Below the pieces are notes generated by a model. It searched no databases. It saw only the letters and a program-made list of their open reading frames with translations, and had not been told where the DNA came from. The translations under genes were made by a program, and so were the position numbers. DNA of 27,090 nt, taken from positions 1,013,946 through 1,041,035 of the forward strand of contig NW_004797277.1 in the NCBI RefSeq assembly GCF_000002075.1, in the 5' to 3' direction. Each line of letters begins with the position of its first letter. Positions within the stretch are counted from its first letter, which is position 1. This document shows positions 11,480 to 21,695 of the stretch, piece by piece. Source of the DNA: Aplysia californica. Its lineage: Eukaryota.

Positions 11480-12218
11480 TTTATTTACTGATTCTTAATC
11501 TGTTGTGTACCTTGCATGTGACCGAAAAACATTTGTCCAAATTTGATTTCTAAAAGTTGAAAAAAGCAAGAAAAGATACACAATGTAGGTGCAATTTTTC
11601 AACAGATTTACTTTATCTCTAGGAAAATTTCGTTTTCTGGGCGTAGACCAGTTGACCAGCTTGCCTGCAATATGAATTCCACTACAATTTTCATGGCCTC
11701 TATTTCCTTCTAATGAAGGTCATAACAGTACACTCAATCATTTCAATTATGTTTATACTATTGACTTTGAATCAGTCTGTGACTCACTGCACAAAAAATT
11801 CAACAAACCTCGAAAGTTCTACAAAATACTTAAAATCTAGTCTAAAGTTAAAGTCCAATTCCAATTAAAGAAAAGTCTGAAAGAAACATGTACGTCATTT
11901 GATCTTATTCAATCCATCTTCAAAAACAGAGATTTGAACAGGATATTTATAACATTTGATCTTATTCACAGCCTGTGCTCAACAAATCAAGAGTTCAACA
12001 AAACATTTATATCATTAAGAACAGATCATATTCACAGTCTGTACTCAACAAATAAAGAGTTCAACAAGACATTTATATCATTAAGAATTGATCATATTCA
12101 CAGTCTGTACTCAACAAATAAAGAGTTCAACAAGACATTTATATCATTAAGAGTTGACTATATTCACAGTCTGTACTCAACAAATAAAGAGTTCAACATC
12201 ACAGCAAGACGTCGGGAG
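11480..12218 (-). other. MVP: Putative MVP 3'UTR. It contains a 66-bp tandem repeat. The first minus-strand AATAAA downstream of the stop is at 11480-11485
   Basis: This is the region immediately downstream (minus sense) of the TAA. Plus-strand tttatt at 11480-11485 is the first canonical poly(A) signal on the gene strand. The transcript end cannot be set from sequence alone. Confidence 0.25.
11880..12205. repeat. 66-bp tandem repeat, about 4.5 copies (3 near-identical, 1.5 diverged), starting about 15 bp after the MVP stop codon
   Basis: The unit acatttatatcattaagaattgatcatattcacagtctgtactcaacaaataaagagttcaacaag starts at 12003, 12069 and 12135 (period 66). Diverged copies lie at 11880-12002. 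It produces the artifactual plus-strand track ORF 11934..12317. Confidence 0.9.
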
Positions 12219-12335
12219 TTATTCTTGAGGGTTCTGCCCCCCAACCAGGCCAGAAGCAGTGTTCAGAAGGTTGATCGGGCTGTTACCATCAGTCAGCAAG
12301 ACGCTCTCGAGGCCTAGACCTTTCAGCAAGTTCAC
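12219..12335 (-). CDS. MVP: MVP terminal coding exon: [38 protein letters not shown]. The TAA stop is at 12219-12221
   Basis: Acceptor cacctcatcag|GTG, in phase 0 from exon 15. It matches human [32 protein letters not shown]. There is an in-frame TAA. No donor is needed. Confidence 0.88.
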   Translation of the reverse strand: MNLLKGLGLESVLLTDGNSPINLLNTASGLVGGQNPQE

Positions 12336-12686
12336 CTGATGAGGTGAAAGGTTGAAATTTAAAAAATCAATTTCAACTACTCATTGGGAAATTTTTTAAA
12401 AGCCAACTATGAAATTAAGGAAAGGGAAAAAGTAGGTTGAGTACTTCATACTGAATTAAAGAAAAAAAGAAAAAGAGGAAGTTAAAAGAAGGGAGCACTT
12501 GCCTTCAGGGTAAACTTCATACTTATGAAGTCACTTTCAAATAAGAAAAGAACAAGACCAAATCGTTTCTGCATAAATGACTTACACCTATAATATACTA
12601 TTGCTGCAAACAAATTTGTAAACATTCAAAGAATGGCCAAAAAGGGTGAAATATCTGGGAAAAAAGGATGAAAAGATGATACCAAC

Positions 12687-12767
12687 CTGACTTTCAGGTC
12701 CTGCATTTGCTATGGCAACAAGGGTATCAGTCCCAAGGGTTTGAACCATTTGACGGAACTTGTTAGT
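12687..12767 (-). CDS. MVP: MVP exon 15: TNKFRQMVQTLGTDTLVAIANAGPESQ
   Basis: Acceptor tcttgtattgcag|ACT and donor AGTCAG|gttggt. It matches human [27 protein letters not shown]. Confidence 0.9.
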
Positions 12768-13105
12768 CTGCAATACAAGAATAAAATTTGGATACGATAA
12801 GAATATAAGGTAAAATACTGGTTTTTCCCATATACAACACTATTTAACTCACTGACTACTGTCATCGCAAAACTTGAGATGTTTTTTCACAATGCCTGAC
12901 TACTGCCATTTCATTTGTTGCCACATCAAACTTCAGAATTGTTTTTCTAATACTGGCAACCCAACTGTCATGATGCGGACAGTGATCAAAGTTGTAACCA
13001 TTCCCATTTCCATTAAATCAAAGTAGAAGTCTCTAACATGAAATGTTTCATTCAGATTTATGATTTTCTTGTTACTGTTACCCGTAACATTATCTGTGTG
13101 ATAAT

Positions 13106-13120
13106 GGGGGGGGGGGGGGG
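13106..13120. repeat. Poly-G homopolymer (15 nt) in an MVP intron
   Basis: Direct reading. Confidence 0.95.
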
Positions 13121-13950
13121 TTGACGGCGAGAAGTTAAACAGCATAATCCTACTTGCTGGCTCATTAAGCGCAGCAATGACAATGATATCCATCCACTAA
13201 AAAACAAAAATTTACCTTTATATGAAACTAGTGGCAGATCTTCGAGTCAAAATCTGTCACTTCAGTTAAATCAGTGAATAAAACTTCAGTTCAGCAAACC
13301 TCTGGCTCTAAATCTTGCAACGCACCTAGACCTACGGCAAATATATTTCATTTATTCCCTGCTAACTATAGCTGTTTTAGTCCATTAGATTCAGAGACTA
13401 ATAACAATAATAGTTTGTCCAATAATGTCCGACGAGGACAATGGTATATCCTCTTAATGTGTGTCAGTAACATATTCTTAGTCATGTAATGTTCGAAGAG
13501 GAATGAAACAAAGTGAAAAAAATTGAGGATAAATTAGGGTCAAATAAAGAAATTAAAGCCCCAAAATTAATTATGATAACCCCTTTTTGATCATTTCAAA
13601 ACAAACCATACTTGTATAGATATAGAACACCTTCTGTGAATGATTTTTTGAATAAGTATGGACAAAATTAATGTTTTTAAAATACCTTTCATTTGACTAG
13701 TCACTAGGGGTCAATCCAGGAGAAAATTGCAGTTAGTCCGTGAATATCAAGACCAGGGAAGCTGGGCCTTATGGCGGGAGTTACGGGAAGCCATTAACAA
13801 AATGTCAATCATTCAAGGTCAGTTCCTTACGTGCCTTCAGTTTCAAACAGACCCCAAATGAATTTCTCTAAAATGGGAAAAATGATGAAAACTTTTTCCC
13901 ACACCATTTAAAACAGGATACAAAGAATGAATATTGTCTAAAAGGCATAC

Positions 13951-14031
13951 CTCAAGTTGTGCAAATGCATTCTCTTTGCCAATGGTGATAGAGTTCATTT
14001 TCTTCTGATAGTCCAATGTTTGCCTCCGCAG
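13951..14031 (-). CDS. MVP: MVP exon 14: LRRQTLDYQKKMNSITIGKENAFAQLE
   Basis: Acceptor ttttgatcttattcacag|CTG and donor CTTGAG|gtatgc. It matches human [26 protein letters not shown] (L.Y pattern, then KA.QLAE.E). The track ORF 13952..14137(-) is a different frame and was not used. Confidence 0.78.
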
Positions 14032-14439
14032 CTGTGAATAAGATCAAAATAATATCATTAAAAACTATTACTAAAGTTTTCAAAAGACAAAGTACGAGAT
14101 TGTTTATTCCATATTGTCCTTCCTTCTTGTTAGGCAAACACTCACTTAAGTCCGCCTGCTCATAGCTCTCTTCGTGGTGTTTCCCAATGACAAAGAAGAG
14201 CAGTTAAAAAAAACTTATTTTTTTTTTTTTTTAAAACAAACACTTATAAAGGAAACATCTCTAAAATAAACTTCTAATCAGCAGCTCTCTCACTCAACTT
14301 AATTTGTACTTCAACTGATTCCCACATTTAACGAGTAATATATTAACTAAATACCATATCAGACTGAATTATCATTTATCTAAATAACGCAGCACATAGG
14401 AGCAGAAATCTAATAAAATCCACACTGCCAGACTCTGAC

Positions 14440-14504
14440 CTTATTCTCAAACTGTAGCTTGGCATCATGCTCTATCTGTGAGGCTTCAGCCTTCAGTCTG
14501 GCAG
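14440..14504 (-). CDS. MVP: MVP exon 13: (A)ARLKAEASQIEHDAKLQFENK
   Basis: Acceptor gtatttctcattctag|CT and donor AATAAG|gtcaga. It matches human QAKLKAQALAIETEAELQRVQKV. Confidence 0.85.
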
Positions 14505-15070
14505 CTAGAATGAGAAATACATACGGGTTACTTCAGGACAAGCAGTCTATCTAAACAAAATTCAAGCAGAAATGATTTATAAGATAATCAATCTTTTAAA
14601 ACAAACACAAGAGGACGAAAACATAAATTCACACTCTGCATGTGTTTTCAATAAGACATAACGTTTGAGATTTGGGGATGTGGGCACCAAGAAAAGCACA
14701 GTGGAAATTGTCAACAAACGATGATTTGCCAGTTTGTAAAAACTAGCCAAATTATGCCATGTGAAATTACTCCAAACCAAGCCGTGTACATAGGAAGGCA
14801 GGCCTTTAGTAATCTACCTATAAAGTGGCCCTAAGCAAGACAAATAACGATTTGGTTTCTATTGTACATCCTTAAAAAGTTGTATTTCTATTTTAAAACA
14901 AACCATAAAACAACAGTCGTACCTGGAGGGGGTCAAGTACTTTCTGTAAATCACTGCAAAAAGAAGTAGATTATTTTGCACCAGTTACAACCAGTCTACT
15001 TTTATTTAATGACTCATCCCATTCAAGCATAGCCCCAGTGTGTAAAATCTTGGTGTAAAGAGGCACGTAC

Positions 15071-15297
15071 CATCAATCTGACTCTGGCACTCGATGAGGA
15101 ATCTCTCAGCCTTGGCTTGAGCCTCAGCCTTGGCCTGTCCCGTGGATTCAACAGCTGATGCCAAGGCCCTCAGCTCGTACAATTTTGCCCTTTCTCGCTC
15201 AGACTCTTTCTCCGTTACCAAAATTTGTCTCTCCAGGTGCCCTTTGGCAATCTGTTCTTCCCTTTGAGCTTCATGTGATGCAGCTGCTTCAATAGAA
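15071..15297 (-). CDS. MVP: MVP exon 12: (N)SIEAAASHEAQREEQIAKGHLERQILVTEKESERERAKLYELRALASAVESTGQAKAEAQAKAERFLIECQSQID(A)
   Basis: Acceptor tttgtatttttccaacccag|T and donor GATG|gtacgt. It is a strong match to human [74 protein letters not shown]. It overlaps the track ORF 15006..15344(-). Confidence 0.92.
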
Positions 15298-15816
15298 CTG
15301 GGTTGGAAAAATACAAAAATGCTTTTGTTCTTCGGCGCTGGCAAATTTCTAATAGGCTACTAAATTTATTTATATTTCATTTTGATCTTTCACAGTTGAA
15401 AAGTATTATCAATGAGGAAATAAACAGCAAAAATGTACAACTCTGGACAAAACATATCATCTGAATAATACATAAAAATCAACATCAGTGTTCTTATAGT
15501 TTTGCCTCTTAAATTGAAACACAAGGAGGGCTGGTTGCAGGAGAAAAGTTGCAGGAGAAAAGATACTAAGACAAGGTAATGAGATACACTTGATCCCACC
15601 AAGTAATTTCCTACAAAAGCCCAATAACAATTATTAATACAGCATTGAAGGCCACTTTAGGTCACATCATTATCAAACAAAGGGGCACAATACTTTCAAA
15701 TTTATCGGCCCTACCCTTACCAAAATGTCACATTTATTTCGGTGTATCATCTCTGCCTTCCATTATCATTATCTACTTTTTCCCTTTATTATTATGTAAA
15801 ACCACTCAAGGAATCT

Positions 15817-15830
15817 CCCCCCCCCCCCCC
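15817..15830. repeat. Poly-C homopolymer (14 nt) in an MVP intron
   Basis: Direct reading. Confidence 0.95.
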
Positions 15831-16043
15831 TTTAACCCTAGCCTACTAACCAAAGAGATCTCTACATTTGTTTCAGAAAAATGTATTCGATACTAATGCA
15901 CAAATCCTTCCAAAACACAACTGAACAATAAATAAAGCTATTTTTAAGTGCAAATTTTTCTTTACTTGTGAACCTTCTCACTGACACAAATCACTGCTGA
16001 AAAGAGTTAGAAAACAATTTTTAAAAAGTCCTACTGAACTCAC

Positions 16044-16144
16044 TTTGTAGCAATTTCAATAGCAAGCTGCACTGATTTGCTCAAACTGTCTCTCATCTTG
16101 GCATCAGAGGGTTCAATGCTCTGAACATCAATGCCACTGATAAC
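16044..16144 (-). CDS. MVP: MVP exon 11: [33 protein letters not shown](N)
   Basis: Acceptor ttatttcttcactag|GTT and donor ACAAA|gtgagt. It matches human [34 protein letters not shown]. Confidence 0.9.
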
Positions 16145-16880
16145 CTAGTGAAGAAATAACCAATCACACACAGAACATGAAAAGGAGTAAAACTCATGGG
16201 CCTCAACTCAGAATTTTAAAAAAGGAGGAACTTTCCTCGTGATCGTGACAGAAGACCATTTTTGCGAGACACCCATTATCATTATACTGTAAAACCCTAG
16301 AATGCTGAAAAAACCCCCACCAATTTATCAAAGCAAGGTTATTTCATACCAATTTGAGGGTATGGAAGATGATTTCAAGTAAAAGAGTAGCAGTAACTGA
16401 GTTTAGCGGAGGAAATGGTGGTAGCGGGAATCCACTAAATAGCAGAATATTGAGACCCATAAAAACTAAACGGCAGAGGATGGTGGGAGGGGGAGAGGGA
16501 TGGGGAGAAACAAGTTGATTAAAGACAAAATGACACAATGAGGACAGTGTTGACAACAAAGTAAAGAATGTTCCCTTGGACCTATGAACAAATTTCTCAT
16601 TTATTTAAGATCTTGATCCCCTTGGGCAGGTCCCCCAGCATAAATCATTTTAAAAAGTGGTCAGCCATCTTCAACATATTCAAGATTTCGATCATTTGAA
16701 TTGACACCCCCATCCCCAACCCCCCATACATATCTTTGCCCAACCTATTTTCCACGCACTTCAAAATGAGATGCACTTTAACAATCATCAACATACAGTA
16801 GTAAGTTATAACAAAGGGTGGGACAAAAATCTGTGGATGGGGATAAATGGAAACGACACAGAGCGTGTTATTCAGGCCAG

Positions 16881-16903
16881 TTGTTGCTGTTGTTGTTGTT
16901 GTT
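16881..16903 (-). repeat. (CAA)n 3' tail of the LINE (reads as TTG repeats on the plus strand)
   Basis: ttgttgctgttgttgttgttgtt lies immediately 3' of the ORF2 stop on the element strand. Confidence 0.7.
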
Positions 16904-17294
16904 ATCGATCCAGCAACATCTGGGCTCTCGCCCTTCTGTCCAATGCCATGTAGTGATAAGTGCAGGTTTGCTGCAGTTGCTGTAATGTTCCGTAGAGTGT
17001 GTTGTCGAAGTTAGGTCTCGGAGGGAGAAGGGTAGCTCTGATGTCATTTAGGGCTGTACAGTGGAAAAGGTGATGTTCCACTGTCTCATATGCATGGTCA
17101 CACAAAGGACACATTGGGGGAAGTTCTGGTTTTATTCTGTTTAAGTGAAAGTTGAGCTGTATATGTTCTGTTCGTAGGCGGAAGATCGTGGTCTGTTTCT
17201 TTCTCTGTAGGTGGTTGATATTGTCATTTCGTTTTGTTGTAGTCATATGTTTGAAAACTGCTCTGCCCGTCTTTCCCAAGGCCCATCTGTTCAT
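16902..17294 (-). pseudogene. LINE ORF2 C-terminal cysteine-rich (CCHC zinc-knuckle) domain. It is frameshifted relative to the RT/RNase H frame
   Basis: CPLCDHAYETVEHHLFHC in the track ORF 16902..17294(-). This frame differs from the upstream 17291..18856 frame, which is a decay frameshift. The stop TAA at 16902-16904 directly abuts the (CAA)n tail. Confidence 0.75.
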
Positions 17295-18856
17295 CCAATC
17301 TTGTTTGCTGTTGCTTTTAATGATTTGTTTTGCAGTGTGGTATGAAGTTGGAATGTTGGTTGTTCCTGTCTAGATCCCCTTTTGGCGAGTGTGTCTGCTC
17401 TGTCATTTCCAGGTATGTTTGAGTGTCCGGGAATCCACTGCATCACCAGGTTGACGCCACAGAATGTTATCAGATGATGGGAGCCAAACAGTATATGTGT
17501 CAAGTCTTCATTTAGATGGTGATAATTTTCTATTGCTTGCAAGACTGATAATGAGTCAGTGAAGATCACTATACTCTGGGTTTTGTTTGGATGAGTGTCA
17601 AAAACTGTGCGGAGATGGTATAGTGCTGTTTCAATTGCTATCATTTCTGCGTCGTAGTTGTTGCATTTCTCTCCACAGGCTGCAGAGATCTCATTGGAAC
17701 TTCCATCTGGGTATTGTATTAGTATTCCATATCCGGCTTTGGTTGTGCCTTTGAATGCTGAGCCGTCTGTATAGACCTGTATCCAGTCATCTGAATAGCT
17801 GTCGATTGTTTGGTGTGAAAGCATCAACTTCACTGGGTCTGAAGATTTTGTGCTATTGTCTCTAAGAGAAGTTTTAATGATTGGTTTTTCCATAGAAAAG
17901 TGAGGAGGGATGTTTTGGTTGACTCTTTTGGTTTCTCTTCTATTTTGTGGTAGGTGGTGGCTCTCCATTAGTTCTGTGATGCGATGCATGACTGATTTTT
18001 GTTGAAGTCGTTTCTTTGGTTTCCATGTTTCTACTAATTTCCTGTTTGGGTGGTTGGGGCACATTCTTTTGGTTCTTTCATGAAGCTCCAAAACTGTTTT
18101 ATCTCTGCGTATTCCCAGGGGTTCAACATTTGACAGAATTTCACATGCGGCAGTAGGTGTAGATCTCATGCCACCATTAATGAAACGAAGGGCATTATTT
18201 TGGACCTTGTCAAGGGTATTGCAAGTAGTTGCACTACACGTAGTGAGTAGGCTATTGCTGTATTCCAGGGAAGATCGGACATAACCAAGGTATAGAGCTC
18301 TCAGAATTTGTTTGTCTGATCCCCATGAACTGCTCGCAAGTTTCTTTAAAAGTTGGAGTCTTCTTTTCGCCTTGTTCTTTATGCTCTCCACTTGGCTTTT
18401 CATTGTTAGACTTTGGTCAAGTTTGACTCCTAGATACGTTGGTTGTTCTTCTTTGGGGAGATTTTCATTTCCTATCTTCAGTTGGAGTTTTTCTTTGGCT
18501 ATTTTATGGCTCTTTGTAAAGATGGTGTATACTGTTGTCGAGCAGTTTATTTTGAGCTTCCATTTCTGACAGTAATTGTGGAGCCTCTTGAGGTCTTCAT
18601 TTAATTTTCCTGCTCCTACTACCGTGCTGCGATGTGTCTGCCAGAGAGCAAGATCATCAGCGTAGAGAGTCTTTTCTGATTTCAACACGTTCGTCACATC
18701 ATTAATGAAGATCAGGAACAAAGTGCAACTCGGAGAGGAACCTTGGGGTAGGCCCTCCTCGAGTACTTCTCTTGATGAGTGGGCATTGTTCAGGCCAGTA
18801 GGAGTTAAGATTATATCAATAACTCCACTTGCCCAAACATTGACAAGCGACTGATT
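17291..18856 (-). pseudogene. LINE ORF2 fragment: reverse transcriptase (motifs A-like, B, C and later) plus RNase H. The open frame is bounded upstream by a stop at 18857-18859 and has no true start
   Basis: This extends the track ORF 17291..18721. Its first 'M' is actually TTG, and the frame stays open upstream through GLPQGS (motif B) to a TGA. The motif 2 to motif A spacing is collapsed to about 6 codons (internal deletion), and the catalytic D of motif A is lost. Confidence 0.85.
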
Positions 18857-19349
18857 TCACAGCACCATGACACATATGAGGAGTGAAATCCTGACTCTTC
18901 ATGAAGGGAAACATTGTATCATCACTCTCTTCAAAAACCTTCAATACTTCTACAAACCAATCAGTAGTCTAATAAATATATTTTCATTCCCATTTCTTTT
19001 GTACAAACATACAGCAGTGCAAGTGGACTTGATACATCATCATCATCATCCAGTGCCTTGCCGACTGGATTGGGCGATCATGGACCTCCACTTCACTCTG
19101 TCTTGTGTTGCAGCAATGGTGTCTGTTGTTCTTGCTGCTCCCAGCCATGTTGTCATCTTGTCCAGTATCTTTTCCCTCTATCAGCCTCTGCCTCTCTTTC
19201 CACCAAACTTGCCTGTTGTTACAATATTCTCCAATGCTTCTTTCCGCATTGTGTGTCCAAAGAAATTTGCCTGTCGCTTTATACATATTCATGAAAAAAA
19301 AAAGGTGTGGTTAGACCTCTTGGGTCCTTTTACATGCAGTATGACTCAC

Positions 19350-19474
19350 CAGATTGTTCACATCAAATCTCAAAGACTGCTGCTTCCCAAACACTGCTGC
19401 TTGTATGAGCTGGGCAGAGTGGCGGTGGAACTCGTCAAAAGTAATCAATGCAACCGAGGCACGGATACGGCTAG
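19350..19474 (-). CDS. MVP: MVP exon 10: (A)[41 protein letters not shown]
   Basis: Acceptor ccttttttatgcctcttcag|CT and donor AATCTG|gtgagt. It matches human [31 protein letters not shown]. Confidence 0.88.
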
Positions 19475-19923
19475 CTGAAGAGGCATAAAAAAGGTCACAC
19501 TGTACACTCTATTCAATGAGTCTGAGATGTCTCTAATAATGGCATATCAAAACACTGAGTACAAAAAATCCTTAGAAATAAAAAATAAAACAAAAACAAA
19601 AAACTATATACTCTGCAGATATCATTACCAGTCCGACATAGTACAATTTTAGTACAAACCAAAGATGACACAAAACAACATTATTTGTGAATCTACTTTG
19701 CTGGGATTGCTAGAAAAAGAAGTTTAAGAAAAAAACAGCAACCCAAAACTATTCTACTACACAGCTAAGAGCCATCAACCAATATTTTAGGAAAAATTAT
19801 ACCCTAAAATTGCACAAAAACAATTCTTTTAAAAAAGAGTCATCCAAAGCTAGATTTAATTGTAAGATTGATGAATGCTAAATATTGCAACATCATTTCT
19901 TTAAAACTACTCATCATTTCTCA

Positions 19924-19974
19924 TTTAGTAGAGGTTTTACGGCGCTCGCAGCTGCATAAGGTCATATGAGCGCC
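19924..19974 (+). repeat. 51-bp hairpin-containing element, copy 1 (inverted partner at 21500-21550)
   Basis: tttagtagaggttttacGGCGCTCgcagctgcataaggtcatatGAGCGCC. It has an internal 7-bp stem (GGCGCTC/GAGCGCC) and a gtcatatgac palindrome. Confidence 0.85.
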
Positions 19975-20053
19975 AATCATCATTTCTGATTTTAAAAAAC
20001 CAAAACAAGTACACTGTCAATGTTGCCAAACTTCAGATAGCTTGTAAAATTAC

Positions 20054-20132
20054 CTATCTGACGACAGGCAAATCCGATGAAATCAGGCACTGAAAATATT
20101 TTGCGAGTACTCTCCAGGTCTGTTTTGTCCAC
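20054..20132 (-). CDS. MVP: MVP exon 9: VDKTDLESTRKIFSVPDFIGFACRQI(A)
   Basis: Acceptor ctctctgtgtttttaag|GTG and donor ATAG|gtaatt. It matches human [28 protein letters not shown]. Confidence 0.9.
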
Positions 20133-21185
20133 CTTAAAAACACAGAGAGAGTAGAAAGACATTTTAACACATAAATTTGAGTATAGAAATGTTCATGCTG
20201 AAAAAAATGTGTCCAGTTTTATTAAAGCAATGGGCATCGCTGATTATTCTTTAAAAAATGAAACGAGACATTTTTAATGGATGCAAACTTAAGTTTTAAA
20301 TCTCTTTTACAATGCTCTGGAACTTCACTTTTGTTTTCAAGGACAGACGGAAAAAAAGAGCATATTGAACTATTTTCCCAATTCAGTCTATTGTATTTAT
20401 CAAAAAACATACCAAACAGAGATATATTGAAAAGGATATAGATTACGATTTGAAAATACAACAAGACACATTTTTACAAACTTTATTAAAATTTTTATTA
20501 TTGCAAACAAGGTAATAATAGTTTTACCATTATAAGAAATTGTATCTACTCCTTCAGCTAGATCTTAGGGTAAGTAAGAATAGAATGTCAACCTGGGTGT
20601 TACTAATTTGTTTTCCTACAAGAACAAAGAGTCCTTCACCTTTCAGAGTGCTAAATGCCATTCCCAAAGGTTTTTTTACTTATTTGTACCAAAGAGTATT
20701 TCTTCTCCTCCGACTAAGGATGAACTTGGAATTACAAGTGCTTTTCCCTTCCTTTAACATTCAAGTACCAAGGAGTTTGTAAAATATATACAAACTGTAA
20801 AACTTTTGGCCTGCTACATCCTTCCCTATCTATTTTAACCAAGGGAGGAAACCTGCATAGAAAACTAACTCATCTTCAGCTGCACAGTGGTGATCAGCAA
20901 TGGCATGTTTGTGAAACTGTTCTGTATTGGTGTGATATTGTGTATTTATGTATAAATTCAAATGTGCATTTATGTATCTATTTCTTATTATGTATTTACG
21001 TATGGGTGTTTGCCATTGTAACCCAAATTTCCCTACGTGTATCAATAAAATGTAATTTATTTTCTTTCTATTTAAACACCACTGTACTAATCTTTAGCAG
21101 AACCTGCTTCTTTGGAATAGTAGGTGTGCACAGTGCATATATCTCCACACTACCAAGCTCGTCAGTCAGCATCTACATTACTTAC

Positions 21186-21245
21186 ATCAAAATAGTTGTT
21201 AAAGGCAAGGCGAATACGCAATCTGGCATGATCAGAAGTCTCCAC
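21186..21245 (-). CDS. MVP: MVP exon 8: VETSDHARLRIRLAFNNYFD
   Basis: Acceptor cgtctttttcag|GTG and donor TTTGAT|gtaagt (perfect donor). It matches human [20 protein letters not shown]. Confidence 0.9.
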
Positions 21246-21499
21246 CTGAAAAAGACGTACATAAGAGAAAATGGTCACAATATATGCATTCTTTTCTTAT
21301 ATATACAATAAGTTGGTAATCTGTTCAGAAGATAGTTCTGCCACGATCAAATGATTATAAAGGACTCCGCTCAACTATTTCGATTATGCTGCAGCATGAA
21401 AACAAACAAGATGAAAGTTTACCAAACATCTATCGTCCTTATCTCCCCTCCTTCTTTTTTATGTTTTATGTTACTCTCTTGTAACAGCTCTAATCTTCT

Positions 21500-21550
21500 G
21501 GCGCTCATATGACCTTATGCATTTGTGAGCGCCGTAAAACCTCTACTAAA
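21500..21550 (-). repeat. 51-bp hairpin-containing element, copy 2 (reverse complement of 19924-19974, about 47 of 51 identical)
   Basis: ggcgctcatatgaccttatgcatttgtgagcgccgtaaaacctctactaaa. Flanks beyond the 51 bp are unrelated. Confidence 0.85.
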
Positions 21551-21615
21551 ACTAAAAAATACAAGATGAATAATTAGGAAATAAGTGATGAAGATAAAAT
21601 GTGACAGGTTCTTAC

Positions 21616-21695
21616 CTCAATAACGTCAGTAATGAAATCTGGACCAAGCATGAGGCACAATGATTTCAGTGCATTGGGCAGCTTTGGTTTGCCAG
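21616..21695 (-). CDS. MVP: MVP exon 7: (A)[26 protein letters not shown]
   Basis: Acceptor ttattgtttatgcag|CT and donor ATTGAG|gtaaga. It matches human [29 protein letters not shown]. Confidence 0.9.

Larger units (their letters stand above)
16881..18900 (-). mobile_element. 5'-truncated, degraded non-LTR retrotransposon (LINE; RT, RNase H and CCHC, I-like architecture) with a (CAA)n 3' tail. It sits in an MVP intron in the same orientation as the gene
   Basis: Minus-strand translation carries RT motif 2-like RVRISLLICVMVL, an in-frame stop, motif A-like NVWASG, motif B EGLPQGSSPSC, motif C YADDLAL, and an RNase H domain (VYTDGS...AEMIAIETAL...FTDSLSV...GNDRADTLAK). A +1/-1 frameshift leads into a C-terminal CPLCDHAYETVEHHLFHC knuckle (CX2CX8HX4C). 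TAA is followed by caacaacaacaacagcaacaa ending near 16881. No APE endonuclease domain is found upstream, so the 5' boundary (18900-19349) is uncertain. Confidence 0.85.

Noticed and set aside
11934-12317. Plus-strand 127-aa ORF with a repeating DHIHSLYSTNKEFNKTFISLR peptide
   Set aside because: It is a translation artefact of the 66-bp tandem repeat. It runs antisense into the MVP terminal exon. The periodicity exactly equals the DNA repeat period.
13952-14137. Track ORF overlapping MVP exon 14 region
   Set aside because: It is in the wrong frame. The homology-supported frame (LRRQTLDYQKKMNSITIGKENAFAQLE), bounded by AG and GT sites, is a different frame.
17291-18721. Treating the 476-aa ORF as an intact gene with a Met start
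   Set aside because: The 'M' is a TTG. The frame continues upstream through RT motif B to a stop. The ORF is a fragment of a dead LINE ORF2.
18867-19478. Largest plus-strand ORF (203 aa)
   Set aside because: It is antisense to a well-supported MVP exon (19350-19474) and to LINE debris. It has low-complexity composition (HHHHH, L/S/P-rich), no recognisable domain and no splice context.
20830-21045. Minus-strand ORF ...EQFHKHAIADHHCAAEDELVF, briefly considered as the MVP [12 protein letters not shown] exon
   Set aside because: Only an FHK tripeptide matches. It lies within the intron between two verified exons. The true homologous exon is at 19350-19474.
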